Source of the DNA: Syntrophales bacterium | GTDB lineage: Bacteria; Desulfobacterota; Syntrophia; Syntrophales; PHBD01 | Reading direction: 5' to 3' | DNA: 64,000 nucleotides | Assembly (NCBI GenBank): GCA_963668175.1 | Contig: OY764159.1 | Coordinates: 2,560,001-2,624,000 of the forward strand | Shown here: piece after piece, positions 18,739 through 29,301 of the stretch | Position numbering within the stretch: the first letter of the stretch is position 1 | Layout of the letters: each line of letters opens with the position of its first letter | The notes under the pieces: model-generated | Databases searched by the model: none | Told to the model about the DNA's origin: nothing | What the model saw: only the letters and a program-made list of their open reading frames with translations | Position numbers and translations under genes: made by a program

Positions 18739-19248
18739 ATGAATTATAAACAGATTAAAGAGTGGGCAACTCCACTGGCAATAGGAAGTTTCGTGTTATC
18801 GGCGGCTACCGGCATCCCGCTTTTCTTCCATCTGGAGATCGGCTGGGTCAAGTCAGCGCATACATGGTTCAGTTGGATTTTCCTCGCCGGGGCGATCGGC
18901 CATGCCGTCGCCAACCGGAAATCCGTCATGCTGCATTTGAATAAACCTATCGGCAGGGCCATTGTCGGTCTGTGCCTGGTCGCGACGCTGGCGTCCTTCG
19001 TACCTCTGGGCGGCGGCGCAAAGGGAGGCAACCCGTTCATGGGTATGTCGAGGACGCTGGCAGGCATGCCCCTGACGGAAATCGCCCAGGTCGTGAAGAA
19101 GAGCCCGGATGTCCTGATAGCCGATTTGCGGGCGAAGAACATCGCCGTCGCTGAGGAAAAGCAGACCGTCCTGGAAATAGCGAAACAGAACAACAGGAAA
19201 GACATCGAAGTCCTGTTCACGATATTCGGTCAGGACAGACGGCCGTAA
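18739..19248 (+). CDS. DUF4405-like membrane protein
   Basis: WATPL-x-IG-x-F...TG...FH...HTW...H...N pattern of heme-b-like TM histidines; AGGAGG RBS. Confidence 0.7.
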   Translation: MNYKQIKEWATPLAIGSFVLSAATGIPLFFHLEIGWVKSAHTWFSWIFLAGAIGHAVANRKSVMLHLNKPIGRAIVGLCLVATLASFVPLGGGAKGGNPFMGMSRTLAGMPLTEIAQVVKKSPDVLIADLRAKNIAVAEEKQTVLEIAKQNNRKDIEVLFTIFGQDRRP

Positions 19249-19288
19249 ACGGCACTCCCGCTGCATCGGTGACGGGAATGGTAAGGAT

Positions 19289-20149
19289 TTACAGGCGGGC
19301 CAGTTCAACGCTGCGCTCGATGCCACGCACGAGGGCGTCGGGAAGCGGCAGGCCTTCGGCGATGGCCTTCACGATGGCCTCGGTGACGCCGCCCGGTGTG
19401 GCGGCCTGCGCGAGGTAACGGTCGCGCTCGGAGGCGGAGAGGTTCCGGGGGCGGACGGCGTCGGCCCACTCCAGGATCTGCCGGTACGACGGCAGGCCGT
19501 ACCGCGCGGCCGTCTCCATAAGCCCGTCCTCGTCGCAGACCTTCCCGAGACTTTCCCAATACGCGAGCGCAATCGGCAGGCAGGGCCCCAGGGCCGTGAA
19601 GGCGTGGATGTCCGTCTCGCTTCGCAGGGGAAAGACGCTGAGCCCCAGCGCCGCGACGATCTCCCGCGCGATGTCGTCGTCCGCCGGGTAGACGGCGGCG
19701 ATGCCGTTCTTTTTTGCGATAGTGTCCGGGGCGCTCGTCATGATCCGCACACGCCGGACCAAGGCCGGTTGGACCGGGATGCGGTCGAGGAAAACCCCCG
19801 CCATGAACGAAACCAGGATCGCATCGGGAAGAAGCGTGTAGTCCGCAAGCGCGGCGCAGTCCTGCGGACGGACCGTGCAGAGAAGGATTTTCGAGCCGCC
19901 CGCGACATCCGCGGCAGGCGCGACGCGGTCTGTCAGACCAGCCGATGCAATCTCGCGCGCCGTCTCCGCCGAGCCCCGGTGGCAGAGGGTGAGCTTCTCC
20001 CGGGGGAGCCCCGCCGCGATCAGGCCGCGCGCCATCGTGCGGCCGAGATATCCCGCGCCGAATACTCCCAGGGACGACGTCCCGATAAATGTCTCGATGC
20101 GCCCCGTATTGCGGACCGGCGGACACGGGGTTTCTGTTTCTCTTGTCAC
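19289..20149 (-). CDS. Pyrroline-5-carboxylate reductase-like protein (divergent)
   Basis: GAGYLG Rossmann motif; VRPQ, VSFMAG and ATPGGVT motifs; probable GTG start after AGGA. Confidence 0.75.
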   Translation of the reverse strand: MTRETETPCPPVRNTGRIETFIGTSSLGVFGAGYLGRTMARGLIAAGLPREKLTLCHRGSAETAREIASAGLTDRVAPAADVAGGSKILLCTVRPQDCAALADYTLLPDAILVSFMAGVFLDRIPVQPALVRRVRIMTSAPDTIAKKNGIAAVYPADDDIAREIVAALGLSVFPLRSETDIHAFTALGPCLPIALAYWESLGKVCDEDGLMETAARYGLPSYRQILEWADAVRPRNLSASERDRYLAQAATPGGVTEAIVKAIAEGLPLPDALVRGIERSVELARL

Positions 20150-20162
20150 AGGATTCCTTTCG

Positions 20163-20567
20163 TTACCGATGGACACGGACGGTAAGCTTGTAGGGTATGG
20201 GCTCCGTCTCGAAGGTCGAGACGGCGATACGGTAGTCGCCCGCCTTCTCCAGCGTGCCCGTGAGATGCTGGTTGAAGTCGAATTCCTCTTCCGGGAGCGC
20301 CCGGCCTTCCGCGCCGGTGACGGCGAACCCGGCCTTGTTGGCCTTGGAGGTAATGCGCCCGATGAAGGTGAGCCCCGCGGCGGCGCTGAAGATATAGACG
20401 ATGTCGCCGCCCCTGGCGACCTTGCCTTCGAGGACGAGGGCGGCACCGCCGGGGACGACGCGGATGCGCTCGGGAGGTTGCTCCGCGAAGGCGGGCGCGG
20501 CGAACAGAAGCATCAGGATGAACGGGAAAATGTACCGGGAGAGAAGGTTGTCGGCGGATCGTTTCAT
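20163..20567 (-). CDS. Exported hypothetical protein (small beta-sandwich/PPC-like)
   Basis: Signal peptide ending AFA; L-x-x-AGDY-x-I-x-V...Y-x-L-x-V pattern. Confidence 0.6.
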   Translation of the reverse strand: MKRSADNLLSRYIFPFILMLLFAAPAFAEQPPERIRVVPGGAALVLEGKVARGGDIVYIFSAAAGLTFIGRITSKANKAGFAVTGAEGRALPEEEFDFNQHLTGTLEKAGDYRIAVSTFETEPIPYKLTVRVHR

Positions 20568-20589
20568 GGTCTGCCTCGTACGGTATGTC

Positions 20590-21009
20590 TCAATTGGGGC
20601 CGACGGCCAGGCCTTCGCAAAGGAAGCCGCGGCCTGCGGCGCGGGTGAAGTGGATCGCGAATTCCCCGGTCTTCATGCGCCAGGAGATGTAGTAGCTGTC
20701 GTCGTCCACCCGGATGGGGACCGACCGCTCGATCCTTCTTTTGACCTCCGTCGTGAACATCCTGCCGTAGTTCGCGAGGAAGGCATCTTTCCCCTTCACC
20801 TCGCGGAAGCGCTCGTCCGACTCCCAGGTAAAGCGCTCGAAGTCGATCATGGCGGCCACCTTTCCGCGGTCTCCGGCGGCGACGGCCTTTTTGAAATGCT
20901 TATAGAACGGCCCGAATGCCCCGTCTGTCGCTGCGGTACGGTCCGCCGCCGCGCCGATGCACAGGGCGGCGCATATCAGAATCGCGAGCAAGGGCAATCG
21001 CTTCGTCAT
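20590..21009 (-). CDS. Exported hypothetical protein
   Basis: Signal peptide MTKRLPLLAILICAALCIGAAA; F-x-x-F-x-x-x-F-x-x-AV...VA-x-MI-x-F pattern. Confidence 0.65.
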   Translation of the reverse strand: MTKRLPLLAILICAALCIGAAADRTAATDGAFGPFYKHFKKAVAAGDRGKVAAMIDFERFTWESDERFREVKGKDAFLANYGRMFTTEVKRRIERSVPIRVDDDSYYISWRMKTGEFAIHFTRAAGRGFLCEGLAVGPN

Positions 21010-21244
21010 GGTCTCTTTTTCCTTTTCGGTTTGATTCGTTTTTACGGCCGGGACGCGGAGGCGGAAACCGCCTGCCTCTCCGGCCCCGTTACGGACGCAT
21101 CCTATACACCCATTCGCGGCATTGCGCAAGCGGGGTTGAGCCTATGAACTTGTCGGGCGGAGAGGGCGCAGTCCATTCCGGACTGCCTGCCTGGAGAGAA
21201 TTCCGTGGCGTTTCGCCAGCCGATCCAGTATAGATAAAGGCCGT

Positions 21245-22069
21245 ATGATGACTTTCAAATCGACGATCGTCGGTCTTCTGACCGCCGCCATGCTTCTCGG
21301 CATTCCCCGGGTGCTGCCCGCGGAGACGGTCTATCTCTTCGGCCGGATCGGCGGGTTTCCCGTTATCGCCGCCGTGGAGAAGTTCGAGAGCAAGCTCGAC
21401 GGCTGGTATTTCTATCCGTCGCGGGCACAAAAGATCCACCTCACGGGAACCATGGAGAAGGACGGGACCTTCCGCCTGGACGAGGAGACGCAGGCCGGGG
21501 CGAAGACGGGGATATTCGCCGGGAAGGCCGCCCAGGGAAAATGGACGGGGACATGGCGCAAATCCGAGAAGGCCGTGGCCCTTACGTTCGACCTTGCCGA
21601 AAACCGCGACCCGCTCAAGGGCCTGAGCGGGGAGTTCGCCTGCGCCTTCAAGGAGAAGGACGCCCGGTTCGGCTTTACCTACGAGCGGAGCCTGAAGCTT
21701 GACGTGGCGGCCGGCGCCGTCCGGAAGCTCGACATCGCCCAGGGGGCCTACACGGCCGCGAAAGGCGACGAACAGTGGTGCACCTTCGGCCTCGGCGGGA
21801 AGAATGAGCCGGACAGCCTGAAGCAGGTGCCGTCGGAGGCGGGCATCCTCTTCGCCGCCGGGAAGCCTGACGAGGAGGGCGATTACGCGGGATGTACGAT
21901 CCGCATCGTCGCCGACAGAGATTTCATCTGGATCGCCATCGGCGGCGGCTCGGGCGGGGAGGGCGGCGACTGCCGCTCGATAGGCGAGACGATGCTTTGT
22001 AGCCCCCGCGCCTTCTGGAACGATATAATATACGACCGCCGCACGGGGAAATGCAAGGCCCCGCGATGA
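21245..22069 (+). CDS. Exported hypothetical protein
   Basis: Signal peptide; G-x-Y-x-Y...F-x-L-x-E...G-x-F-x-G...GTW beta-barrel-like segment; several Cys. Confidence 0.65.
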   Translation: MMTFKSTIVGLLTAAMLLGIPRVLPAETVYLFGRIGGFPVIAAVEKFESKLDGWYFYPSRAQKIHLTGTMEKDGTFRLDEETQAGAKTGIFAGKAAQGKWTGTWRKSEKAVALTFDLAENRDPLKGLSGEFACAFKEKDARFGFTYERSLKLDVAAGAVRKLDIAQGAYTAAKGDEQWCTFGLGGKNEPDSLKQVPSEAGILFAAGKPDEEGDYAGCTIRIVADRDFIWIAIGGGSGGEGGDCRSIGETMLCSPRAFWNDIIYDRRTGKCKAPR

Positions 22070-22138
22070 ATCGGAAATGAAAACGGCGGCGGACCGGGAC
22101 AGCCCGCCGCTAAACCGCTGCGATAAAGGAGAAACGCC

Positions 22139-22477
22139 ATGACCTGGAAGCCTGTTTGCCTTGTGTTCGCAACCCTTATCCTGTTCAGCCCCACCATTGC
22201 CTCCGGCAACGTCATGTGCGAGGACGCCGACGGGAACTACACCGTCGCCCTGACGACGGCCGACGACGGCGGCGTGCTCGATCTCGCGATCGTGAACGGG
22301 GACAGGATCGCGCGCTTTCCCGATGCCAACCGTACAAAAGTGTCCGTGAAGAACGAGACCTACAAATTTTCCGCCGGGAAGAAGAAGGGCCAGGACGCCC
22401 TGGCGCTGGACATCGCGGGGAAGGCCGGGAAGATGACGTACGGCGGCAAGACCGTCGTCCTCGAATGCACGTGGTGA
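22139..22477 (+). CDS. Small exported hypothetical protein
   Basis: AGGAG RBS; signal peptide; two Cys in the mature part. Confidence 0.65.
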   Translation: MTWKPVCLVFATLILFSPTIASGNVMCEDADGNYTVALTTADDGGVLDLAIVNGDRIARFPDANRTKVSVKNETYKFSAGKKKGQDALALDIAGKAGKMTYGGKTVVLECTW

Positions 22478-22565
22478 CGGCAACGACCGGAGGCGGGGGA
22501 TCGCCGTTCGCATCCGGATGGATGGCTCCGGCGGCCCGCATGAAGCTTCCGCAGGGGGGATCGGT

Positions 22566-23024
22566 ATGGCGTATTGGATGGTTTTGGCGGCATGGCTTTG
22601 CGCAGCCTGTTTAACCGGGACCGCCTGGGGCGCGGCCGTGGAGACGGGGCCGTTGACGGCCGCCGAAAAGAAGCTCTGCCGGGCCGTCGAGAAGGCCGAT
22701 GCCTTCTTCCACTGCGGCGGCCGCGTGAAGCGCCATTACGAGATCGCCTCCGATACCGGGGCGAAACTCCCCGTTCTCGTCGAGTTCGTCTACGAAAAGG
22801 AAGGCCCCCTCTATTTCGGCGAATATATTTCCTACGCGGCCTCCGTCGATCCGCTGACGTCCGTCGTCTCGTATACGTTCGACGCCGGGACGGCGCTTCG
22901 TGGCCGCGGGACAGCCATGGAAACGGAAAAGGGCGTCATCGTCGTGAGGGAAACGTGCGGCACATCGGGCTGTTCCGTGGAGGTTCTGCGGGACGGTAAA
23001 AGGCTTTACGGCGGGCAGAAATAA
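22566..23024 (+). CDS. Exported hypothetical protein
   Basis: Signal peptide ending AWG; CGTSGC motif. Confidence 0.55.
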   Translation: MAYWMVLAAWLCAACLTGTAWGAAVETGPLTAAEKKLCRAVEKADAFFHCGGRVKRHYEIASDTGAKLPVLVEFVYEKEGPLYFGEYISYAASVDPLTSVVSYTFDAGTALRGRGTAMETEKGVIVVRETCGTSGCSVEVLRDGKRLYGGQK

Positions 23025-23123
23025 GGCGCGCGCAAACAGAAAAAGCGCCTCTCCGGCGCCTGTCTTGAAATGCGTGTCGATCTTAAGTCTGTATCCGGAC
23101 TGCCCCCGGATGCATGAAGGACA

Positions 23124-23426
23124 TTATCCGTTCCCGGCCTCTCGCAGGGCGGACAGTTTCTTTTCCCTGGGCAATCGCTTGATCCTGTATTCCAGGCGGA
23201 AGGCCTCCGCCTTCGGCATCGGCCGGCTGGTGTCGATCAGGGTGACGGGCAGGCGGGCCCGCGTGAACCGGGAGGCGTCGCCGCGGTTGTGGGCAGCGAT
23301 CCTTTTCGGGAGGTCGTTCGTTACGCCCGTGTAGATTTTCCCGTCGGAACAGCGGAGGAGGTATACAAGCCAGGAGCCGCTCGCGGACAAGGCATCCCGG
23401 CCGCCGGCCATTTTAATGCCTGACAC
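23124..23426 (-). CDS. GIY-YIG nuclease family protein (UPF0213-like)
   Basis: VYLLRCSDGKIYTGVT...R...HN-x-G...FTR-x-R-x-P...A-x-x-LE-x-x-IK; start may be 23408. Confidence 0.88.
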   Translation of the reverse strand: MSGIKMAGGRDALSASGSWLVYLLRCSDGKIYTGVTNDLPKRIAAHNRGDASRFTRARLPVTLIDTSRPMPKAEAFRLEYRIKRLPREKKLSALREAGNG

Positions 23427-23688
23427 GCAGCGAGTTGGAGGGTTTGAAGGTCACGACCTTCCTGGCCGTGATGGTCATCGCTTCCCCCGTGCGCGGATTC
23501 CGGCCCCTTCTGGCCCGCTTCTCCCTCACCGACCACCTGCCGAATCCCGAAATCATGACCTTCTCTCCCTTGGCAAGCTCTTCCTTGACGATGGCAAAGA
23601 GGCTCTCGACAATGGCGGCGCATTCCTTCTTGGGGATGTCCAGTTCCGTGTAGAGCGAGTCAATTAGATCTATTTTGGTCAGCGGCAT
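23413..23688 (-). CDS. IHF-alpha/HU family DNA-binding protein
   Basis: LTKIDL...ISGFG-x-W-x-V...R-x-GRNPRTGE...I-x-ARKVVTFKPS; AGGAG RBS. Confidence 0.92.
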   Translation of the reverse strand: MPLTKIDLIDSLYTELDIPKKECAAIVESLFAIVKEELAKGEKVMISGFGRWSVREKRARRGRNPRTGEAMTITARKVVTFKPSNSLRVRH

Positions 23689-24890
23689 CGATATTCTCCT
23701 TCGTTTGTTTTCCTTTTAGTATTTTTTGCCCCTGCAGTGTTACGGGGCTTTGCATCTCTTTTACGCGCGCAAGGACACTCCTTCGGCGGATGGCGCCCGT
23801 CTTTCTACTATTCGGAAAAACGCGGCCGAAACTTGAGGCTAAAAATAGAGCCGCAAGCGGATGGACCGGATGCCCCGACAGTGTGGACATGTCATCCGAT
23901 TGTACTTCGATTCTGGCAATTGGAAACCTACGACTTCTTGCTTTCTTGCACCGCAGGCTTGACTGCGGCCTAAAGTGCCCGCGGCCGAACGAGAGTGAGC
24001 AGGAGATCAATTTATAAGAACGCGATATTTAAATATTCTTTTGAACTGATTTGCCGTCCTTGTCAAGAAAAATCAAAACGGAATGTTATACGAATGATGG
24101 CAACCGCCGCCGACCCCATGATGTTGTGTCCGCTAATATTTATACAACAATATTTTGTTATGCTCACCGGGGCGGTTCGGCAGGGGATGGAACGCCCGAC
24201 GGCGCCTCCGGGCGGGAAAAGCGTCGCGGCGCGGCGAATTTCCCGTGTTGCTCCCCTGCGCGGCGCGCAGAATGCGGATATCGCGATATCGAACCGTGTA
24301 AAATCAAAACGGTATTGCCATGGCGCAGGGATTCATTCGAAATTCAGCGCGGGCTGCGGCCTCCATGGCGGCGTGAACGTGTTCAATCCTGCCGGTGCGC
24401 GAAAAGGGCCGTTCGTTTCCCCGGCGTCCGCTGCCGCTCTGCTTGGCGGATTACAGCCGCCGGCAAGTCCGGCTTCCGGAATATCCCGAATATGCTTATA
24501 CCGGGGGCACGGAGCATCGGCGATTTGTTGGCCGGCGTCGTCCCCGGCTGATGCCCTGTTCCGCTTGCGGCTTTTGCGTTACGGCGGCAATGGACCCGCA
24601 TACGGGAGTGTCCTTCCGTACCATCCATCCGGTCCGCGCATGAAACGGTCCTGTTTCCGGGAAGGCCCTTTGCCGTTATGTTCCTTCCGGCCGATTCGGG
24701 CAGTCGCGGCGGTCACACGGCGCGTTAAGTCCTTTAAACAGCGATGTTATTGCGATGCATAACAAGGGCGGCAGGAACGCCTCGCGACGGGTTTCAGCCG
24801 CCGGGGTTCGCCGTCCGGCCGCGGCCGAAGACGAAGATAACGATTTGAAAAATGCTCATCCGGCACCCATCGCTCCGTTTTTGCGTGACC

Positions 24891-27773
24891 CTAATGTGCC
24901 GCAGGCAGCGCAAAGAAGAAGGACGCCCCTTCTCCCTCCTTGCCTTCCGCCCAAACGCGGCCGCCGTGGCGGTGAACGATGCGCTGGACGATTGCCAGCC
25001 CGACCCCCGTCCCCTCGTATTCCTCGGCATGATGAAGACGCTGGAACACATCGAACAGTTTGTCATGATAAGACATATCGAAGCCGATGCCGTTATCCCT
25101 GACGTAATAAACGATTTCATTCCGATCGGAGTAGCACCCCGCTTCGATCCGCGCGTCGGCTCTGTCCCTTGTGAATTTCACGGCGTTTTCGAGCAGGTTG
25201 ACATATACCTGTTTGATGAGCGCCCGGTCGCCGTAAGCGCCGTCGAGGTTATGGACCGTCAGGTGGAGGGACCTGGCGGGATTGGCTTCCTGAATTTCTT
25301 TCCACGAATCCTGTATCAGGGAATTCATGTCGAGCATCGTCCTGGCAATATCCTTACGGCTCAGCCGCGAAAATGCTAGGAGGTCTTCGATGAGCTGTCC
25401 CATCATCCGTACGCTGTCCCTGATGACGTTGAATTTTCTGACGGTGTCTTCATCGAGCGTGTCGCCGTGCTTCTTGACGATCATGCGCGAGAAACCGTCG
25501 ATGGCGCGCAGCGGGGCGCGCAGATCGTGGGAGACGGAGTAGCTGAAGCTCTCGAGCTCCCTGTTGGCCTCTTCGAGCTGGGCCTTTCGTCCCATCAGTT
25601 CCCCGAGGAGGGAAGCGTTTTGAAGGGCAAGGGAAACCGTCGAGGCAAGTTTCTGTGCAAAATCTTTGTGATAATCGCGAAAGGCGTAGATATGGCTGTG
25701 ATGGTTGAGGAAAATGACGCCGACGGTCTGATCTCCGTCGAAAAGGGGGATGACCGCCTCGGATCGTATTCCCCATTTCTTCATGTAATCCCTGTTGACC
25801 CTGTCGTCGTTCGCCGCATCGTCTATGAAGACGGGCTGCCTTGTTTCGATGGCCAGCAAGGCATGCGGCTCCTCTCTGTCTTCCATCCGCATGCCGACGA
25901 CGCTCTCGGGAAAACCCAACGCGTAACTGACTATCCATTGGTCGTCCTTCTTCAGGGAGACGGCCGCGGTCTGGCATTCCATGGCCAGGGCGGCGCTGGA
26001 TAGCGCTCTTTTCAATACCTCTCCGGCTTCGGAGGTCGAATGGACAAGTTTGTTGATGTCGTTTAATGCCTCGCTCAGAATTTCCGTCTGCTTGCGTTCG
26101 GTGATGTCGCGCGCGGCACCGAACCATTCGGCGATGTCGCCTTTCGCGTCGAGAATCGGTATGGCGCGCGAGAAAGTCCAGCCCAAGGTACTGTCCGCCA
26201 TCACGACGCGGTGTTCGAGTTCGAAGATGGTCTTGCCCCGGATGGCGGTTTCGATGGCCGCCGTCACGCGCGGCCGGTCCTCCGGGTGGATGTATTTCTC
26301 CAGCCACGTCCTGTCGGGCTCCTCCGTGTCGGCAAGGAAGTCCCGCCCGCGCAGCCGCCGCATTTCCTTCCAATCGGGGCTCATCTGATACACGACGTCC
26401 GAGGTCGCTGTCACGAAGGCTCGGAAGCGCTCTTCGCTTTTCCAGAGCTTTTCCTCTGCCCGCTTGCGCTCCGTGATGTCGAAAAAAGTGAAAATGATGT
26501 GGGGTGTGTCGTCGATATCGATCAACTCCGCCGAATGATTACACAAAAGCACGTCGCCCGTCTTGGTGCGAAGCCGGAACTCCTGGTTCTCGCTTCTTCC
26601 CTCGGTCGTCACCTTTTGCAGCATGCGCTCCCGGTCCGCGAGGTCGTTCCACACGCCTAATTCCACTACCGAACGTCCGATGAATTCGTCCCGGCCGAAG
26701 CCGAGGCACTTGAGCATCGCCTCGTTCGCTTCAATGACGAGGCCGTCGGCCAGGCGGCTCAATCCCACGCAGGCTGGATTGGATTGGAACGTCTTGATAT
26801 ATTTTTCCTCCGCCTTCCGAAGTTCCTGGGTTTTCCGGAACTCGTACTCTCGCCTGAAAAACAGCAGGCCCAGGGAAAGAAGGAGGAATATACCGAGGCC
26901 GGTAATCCCGCTCAGGATGAAATAACCGTATAAAGGCTTCAGGACGGCGCTTCTTTTCTGCCCCACGATGACGGACCAGCCGATTTCCCTGATCGGCGCA
27001 ATGGATATATAGGATAGGCCCTGGGTCTCCATATCCGTCATTTCCGTGTCTGCCGTTTCTCCTGCGAGCGCTTTCTTGAGGCTGCCGCTGTCGGGCCATG
27101 TCGTGATTTTTTTCTCGTAAGGGAATGCGCTGCTGAATAAGATGTTTCCTTCCTGGTCGAGGAGGCTGATCGTCTTCCCCGGTTCTATCGGGTTCGATCG
27201 AATGAGGGATGCAAAGAACGAGGCGCGCTGGGCTGCGCCGAGGATGCCGACGATGTTGCCCCGGCCGTCGGTCACAGGAATGACGATTGCGAAGGCAGGA
27301 CCCTTTCTCAAAACAACCGGTCGGCATAAGGATGAAACGTGACGTTTCCAATCCCGGCTCAGCCCTTTGTACCAGTCGCTGGAAGCCAGGTTCTTCCCGT
27401 AGGTGCTCCTGTCCATGGGGTAGATTGCCCAAAGTATCCCGCGCTTGTCGGTAATAAAGAGAGCATCCAGTTCGGGATGATCCCTTCTCAATGTCTGCAG
27501 GTGGCCGACAACTTCATCAAAATCTCTCTCCTTCATGGCAATCTTAAGGAGGGGGCGCTGAGCGTAGGATTCGAGGATACCGATCGTTGCCCTCTGGTGT
27601 TCGTCGATGAGCGAAGAGACAAGCTTCGCACTCAATCGGTTATCCCGGACTGTATTGGTTATTTCATGGCGGTAATGGCTGTGCATGAAGCCGAGCGTAA
27701 CGAGAACGGCAATGACGAACATGGCGGCGATGACCGCTGCATAGAATTTCCTTCCTTCGAACAAACGGTGCAT
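24891..27773 (-). CDS. Membrane sensor histidine kinase (Cache-PAS-PAS-GAF-HisKA-HATPase)
   Basis: Two TM helices; DITERK PAS ends; FSYSVSHDLRAPLR H-box; NAVKF, DNGIGF and GTGVGL boxes; start uncertain (27773 or 27902). Confidence 0.92.
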   Translation of the reverse strand: MHRLFEGRKFYAAVIAAMFVIAVLVTLGFMHSHYRHEITNTVRDNRLSAKLVSSLIDEHQRATIGILESYAQRPLLKIAMKERDFDEVVGHLQTLRRDHPELDALFITDKRGILWAIYPMDRSTYGKNLASSDWYKGLSRDWKRHVSSLCRPVVLRKGPAFAIVIPVTDGRGNIVGILGAAQRASFFASLIRSNPIEPGKTISLLDQEGNILFSSAFPYEKKITTWPDSGSLKKALAGETADTEMTDMETQGLSYISIAPIREIGWSVIVGQKRSAVLKPLYGYFILSGITGLGIFLLLSLGLLFFRREYEFRKTQELRKAEEKYIKTFQSNPACVGLSRLADGLVIEANEAMLKCLGFGRDEFIGRSVVELGVWNDLADRERMLQKVTTEGRSENQEFRLRTKTGDVLLCNHSAELIDIDDTPHIIFTFFDITERKRAEEKLWKSEERFRAFVTATSDVVYQMSPDWKEMRRLRGRDFLADTEEPDRTWLEKYIHPEDRPRVTAAIETAIRGKTIFELEHRVVMADSTLGWTFSRAIPILDAKGDIAEWFGAARDITERKQTEILSEALNDINKLVHSTSEAGEVLKRALSSAALAMECQTAAVSLKKDDQWIVSYALGFPESVVGMRMEDREEPHALLAIETRQPVFIDDAANDDRVNRDYMKKWGIRSEAVIPLFDGDQTVGVIFLNHHSHIYAFRDYHKDFAQKLASTVSLALQNASLLGELMGRKAQLEEANRELESFSYSVSHDLRAPLRAIDGFSRMIVKKHGDTLDEDTVRKFNVIRDSVRMMGQLIEDLLAFSRLSRKDIARTMLDMNSLIQDSWKEIQEANPARSLHLTVHNLDGAYGDRALIKQVYVNLLENAVKFTRDRADARIEAGCYSDRNEIVYYVRDNGIGFDMSYHDKLFDVFQRLHHAEEYEGTGVGLAIVQRIVHRHGGRVWAEGKEGEGASFFFALPAAH

Positions 27774-28114
27774 TCGTTCACCTTTACCCGCTCTTCGTTG
27801 GCGGCTGCTTGGCGGAAGGGGATGCCTGAAAAAGGGAACCCCGAATGAAAGGTATCCGTTTGCGTTCTTACGAACACCGGAGAACGATCCCCGCCTCCGC
27901 ATGAAGACGCGCCGCGACGGCTTCTTCCTGGAGGACGACCGGTCGTCTTCTCAAGCAAAAAAAGGACTGAAGCTTAAATTATTTTACATAAAGGAAAAGG
28001 CACACGAAGACCATAAGGTTTTGCCTGAATTGCCTGTTCGAAATACCTTAGATGCTTTTTGTCGGCCGACGTAGTGGATACAGCGGGCCGGGCCTGTCCG
28101 GACCGGAAGCTGTT

Positions 28115-28696
28115 CTACGGCTGCGAATCGTCCGCCCGGGTGTTCATCCGGCGCTCGTCGAGCAGCTGCTTCAGCAGCTTGACCTGCTCCTCCTGGATGG
28201 CGAGAAGCTCACGCCATTGCTCTTCCCTGAGCATATCCACTTTTTCGTGAAGCCCCATGATCTCCAACTCCGCCTTCAGGTTGACCTCGTAGTCGTGCTC
28301 CGCGGAGAGCCGGTCCTTGAAGGCCTGCCGGTTCTGGGACATCATGATGATCGGCGCCTGGATGGCCGCCAGCATCGACAGGACCAGGTTGAGGAGGATG
28401 TAAGGATAGGGGTCGAACGAGCTTCCGAGCCTGACCAGGATCAGCGAATTCAGGATGATCCAGGATACCATGACGCCCCCAAAGATGCCGATGAAGGTCC
28501 AGGAGCCGCCGAAGGAAGCGACGGCGTCGGCCGTCTTCTGGCCGAGGGTCAGGCGCTCGGGCAGGACCCGGTTGACGTTTTCGGAGATGGGGGTCCTGTG
28601 CGTGATATGGTGGGCTACGTGCTTCTGCTGATCCGTCAGGGTATCGAACTTGGAGCGGAAGAGCTTCTCCGCCTTTTCGCGGGCCTTCTGATCCAC
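28115..28696 (-). CDS. DUF1003 family membrane protein
   Basis: AD-x-VA-x-FGGSW-x-FI, FDPYPYILLNL-x-LS and QAPIIMMSQNRQ motifs. Confidence 0.92.
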   Translation of the reverse strand: MDQKAREKAEKLFRSKFDTLTDQQKHVAHHITHRTPISENVNRVLPERLTLGQKTADAVASFGGSWTFIGIFGGVMVSWIILNSLILVRLGSSFDPYPYILLNLVLSMLAAIQAPIIMMSQNRQAFKDRLSAEHDYEVNLKAELEIMGLHEKVDMLREEQWRELLAIQEEQVKLLKQLLDERRMNTRADDSQP

Positions 28697-29004
28697 GGTG
28701 CCGTCCTCCTTGCTGTCGGCATTGCCGGGGCCGCCGTTTCACTCGCGACCGTTACGGAATGCCTTCTTCCTGGAACCAGTCTATCACAGTGTCCGCGGCT
28801 TTGTCACCCCCGCCGTACGGTTCCGGTCCGCAAAGGATTCCGCACTATCCGCCGGGAAATCAATGCCGGGGCTGGTTCCTCCTGCAGATTTACGGATATG
28901 CCCGGCAACCGGACTTCCGGACCGAACCGAGACGGCAGACGCATCCCGCCCATAACGCGATGCGGCAGACGGCCGATGCAGCCGCGATCCCGGGCGGCCG
29001 GACG

Positions 29005-29301
29005 TTACGCCTTGGGCGTTTCGGGGCTCAACCTTTTCTTCAGCTTGGCCGAGGATTTGAAGGTGACGACTTTCCTGGCCCCGATGGCGATGGATTCGAG
29101 CGTCTTTAAGTTCCGGCCCGTTTTCGCCCTCCGGGTGCGGACGGACCATTTACCGAAGCCCGAGATGAGGACAATGTTGCCCTGGACCAGTTCGTCCTTG
29201 ATGGTTTCAAGAAGGCTTTCCAGGATGGCCGAACATTTTTCCTTGGGAAGGCCGACTTCCGTGTTGATCGTTTCGATAAGGTCTTTCTTTGTCAGCGCCA
29301 T
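29005..29301 (-). CDS. IHF-alpha/HU family DNA-binding protein, second paralog
   Basis: MALTKKDL...ISGFGKW...GRNLKT...ARKVVTFKSS; AGGA RBS. Confidence 0.88.
   Translation of the reverse strand: MALTKKDLIETINTEVGLPKEKCSAILESLLETIKDELVQGNIVLISGFGKWSVRTRRAKTGRNLKTLESIAIGARKVVTFKSSAKLKKRLSPETPKA

Noticed and set aside
24540..24600. Minus-strand ACGCAAAAGCC...AGCCGGG resembling a c-di-GMP-I riboswitch fragment
   Set aside because: No GGCAAAC/GAAA tetraloop stem visible and no adjacent downstream gene; an Infernal scan with the Rfam c-di-GMP-I model would be needed
23690..24890. ORFs 23995..24762 and 24051..24551
   Set aside because: No RBS, motif or protein-like composition; treated as intergenic
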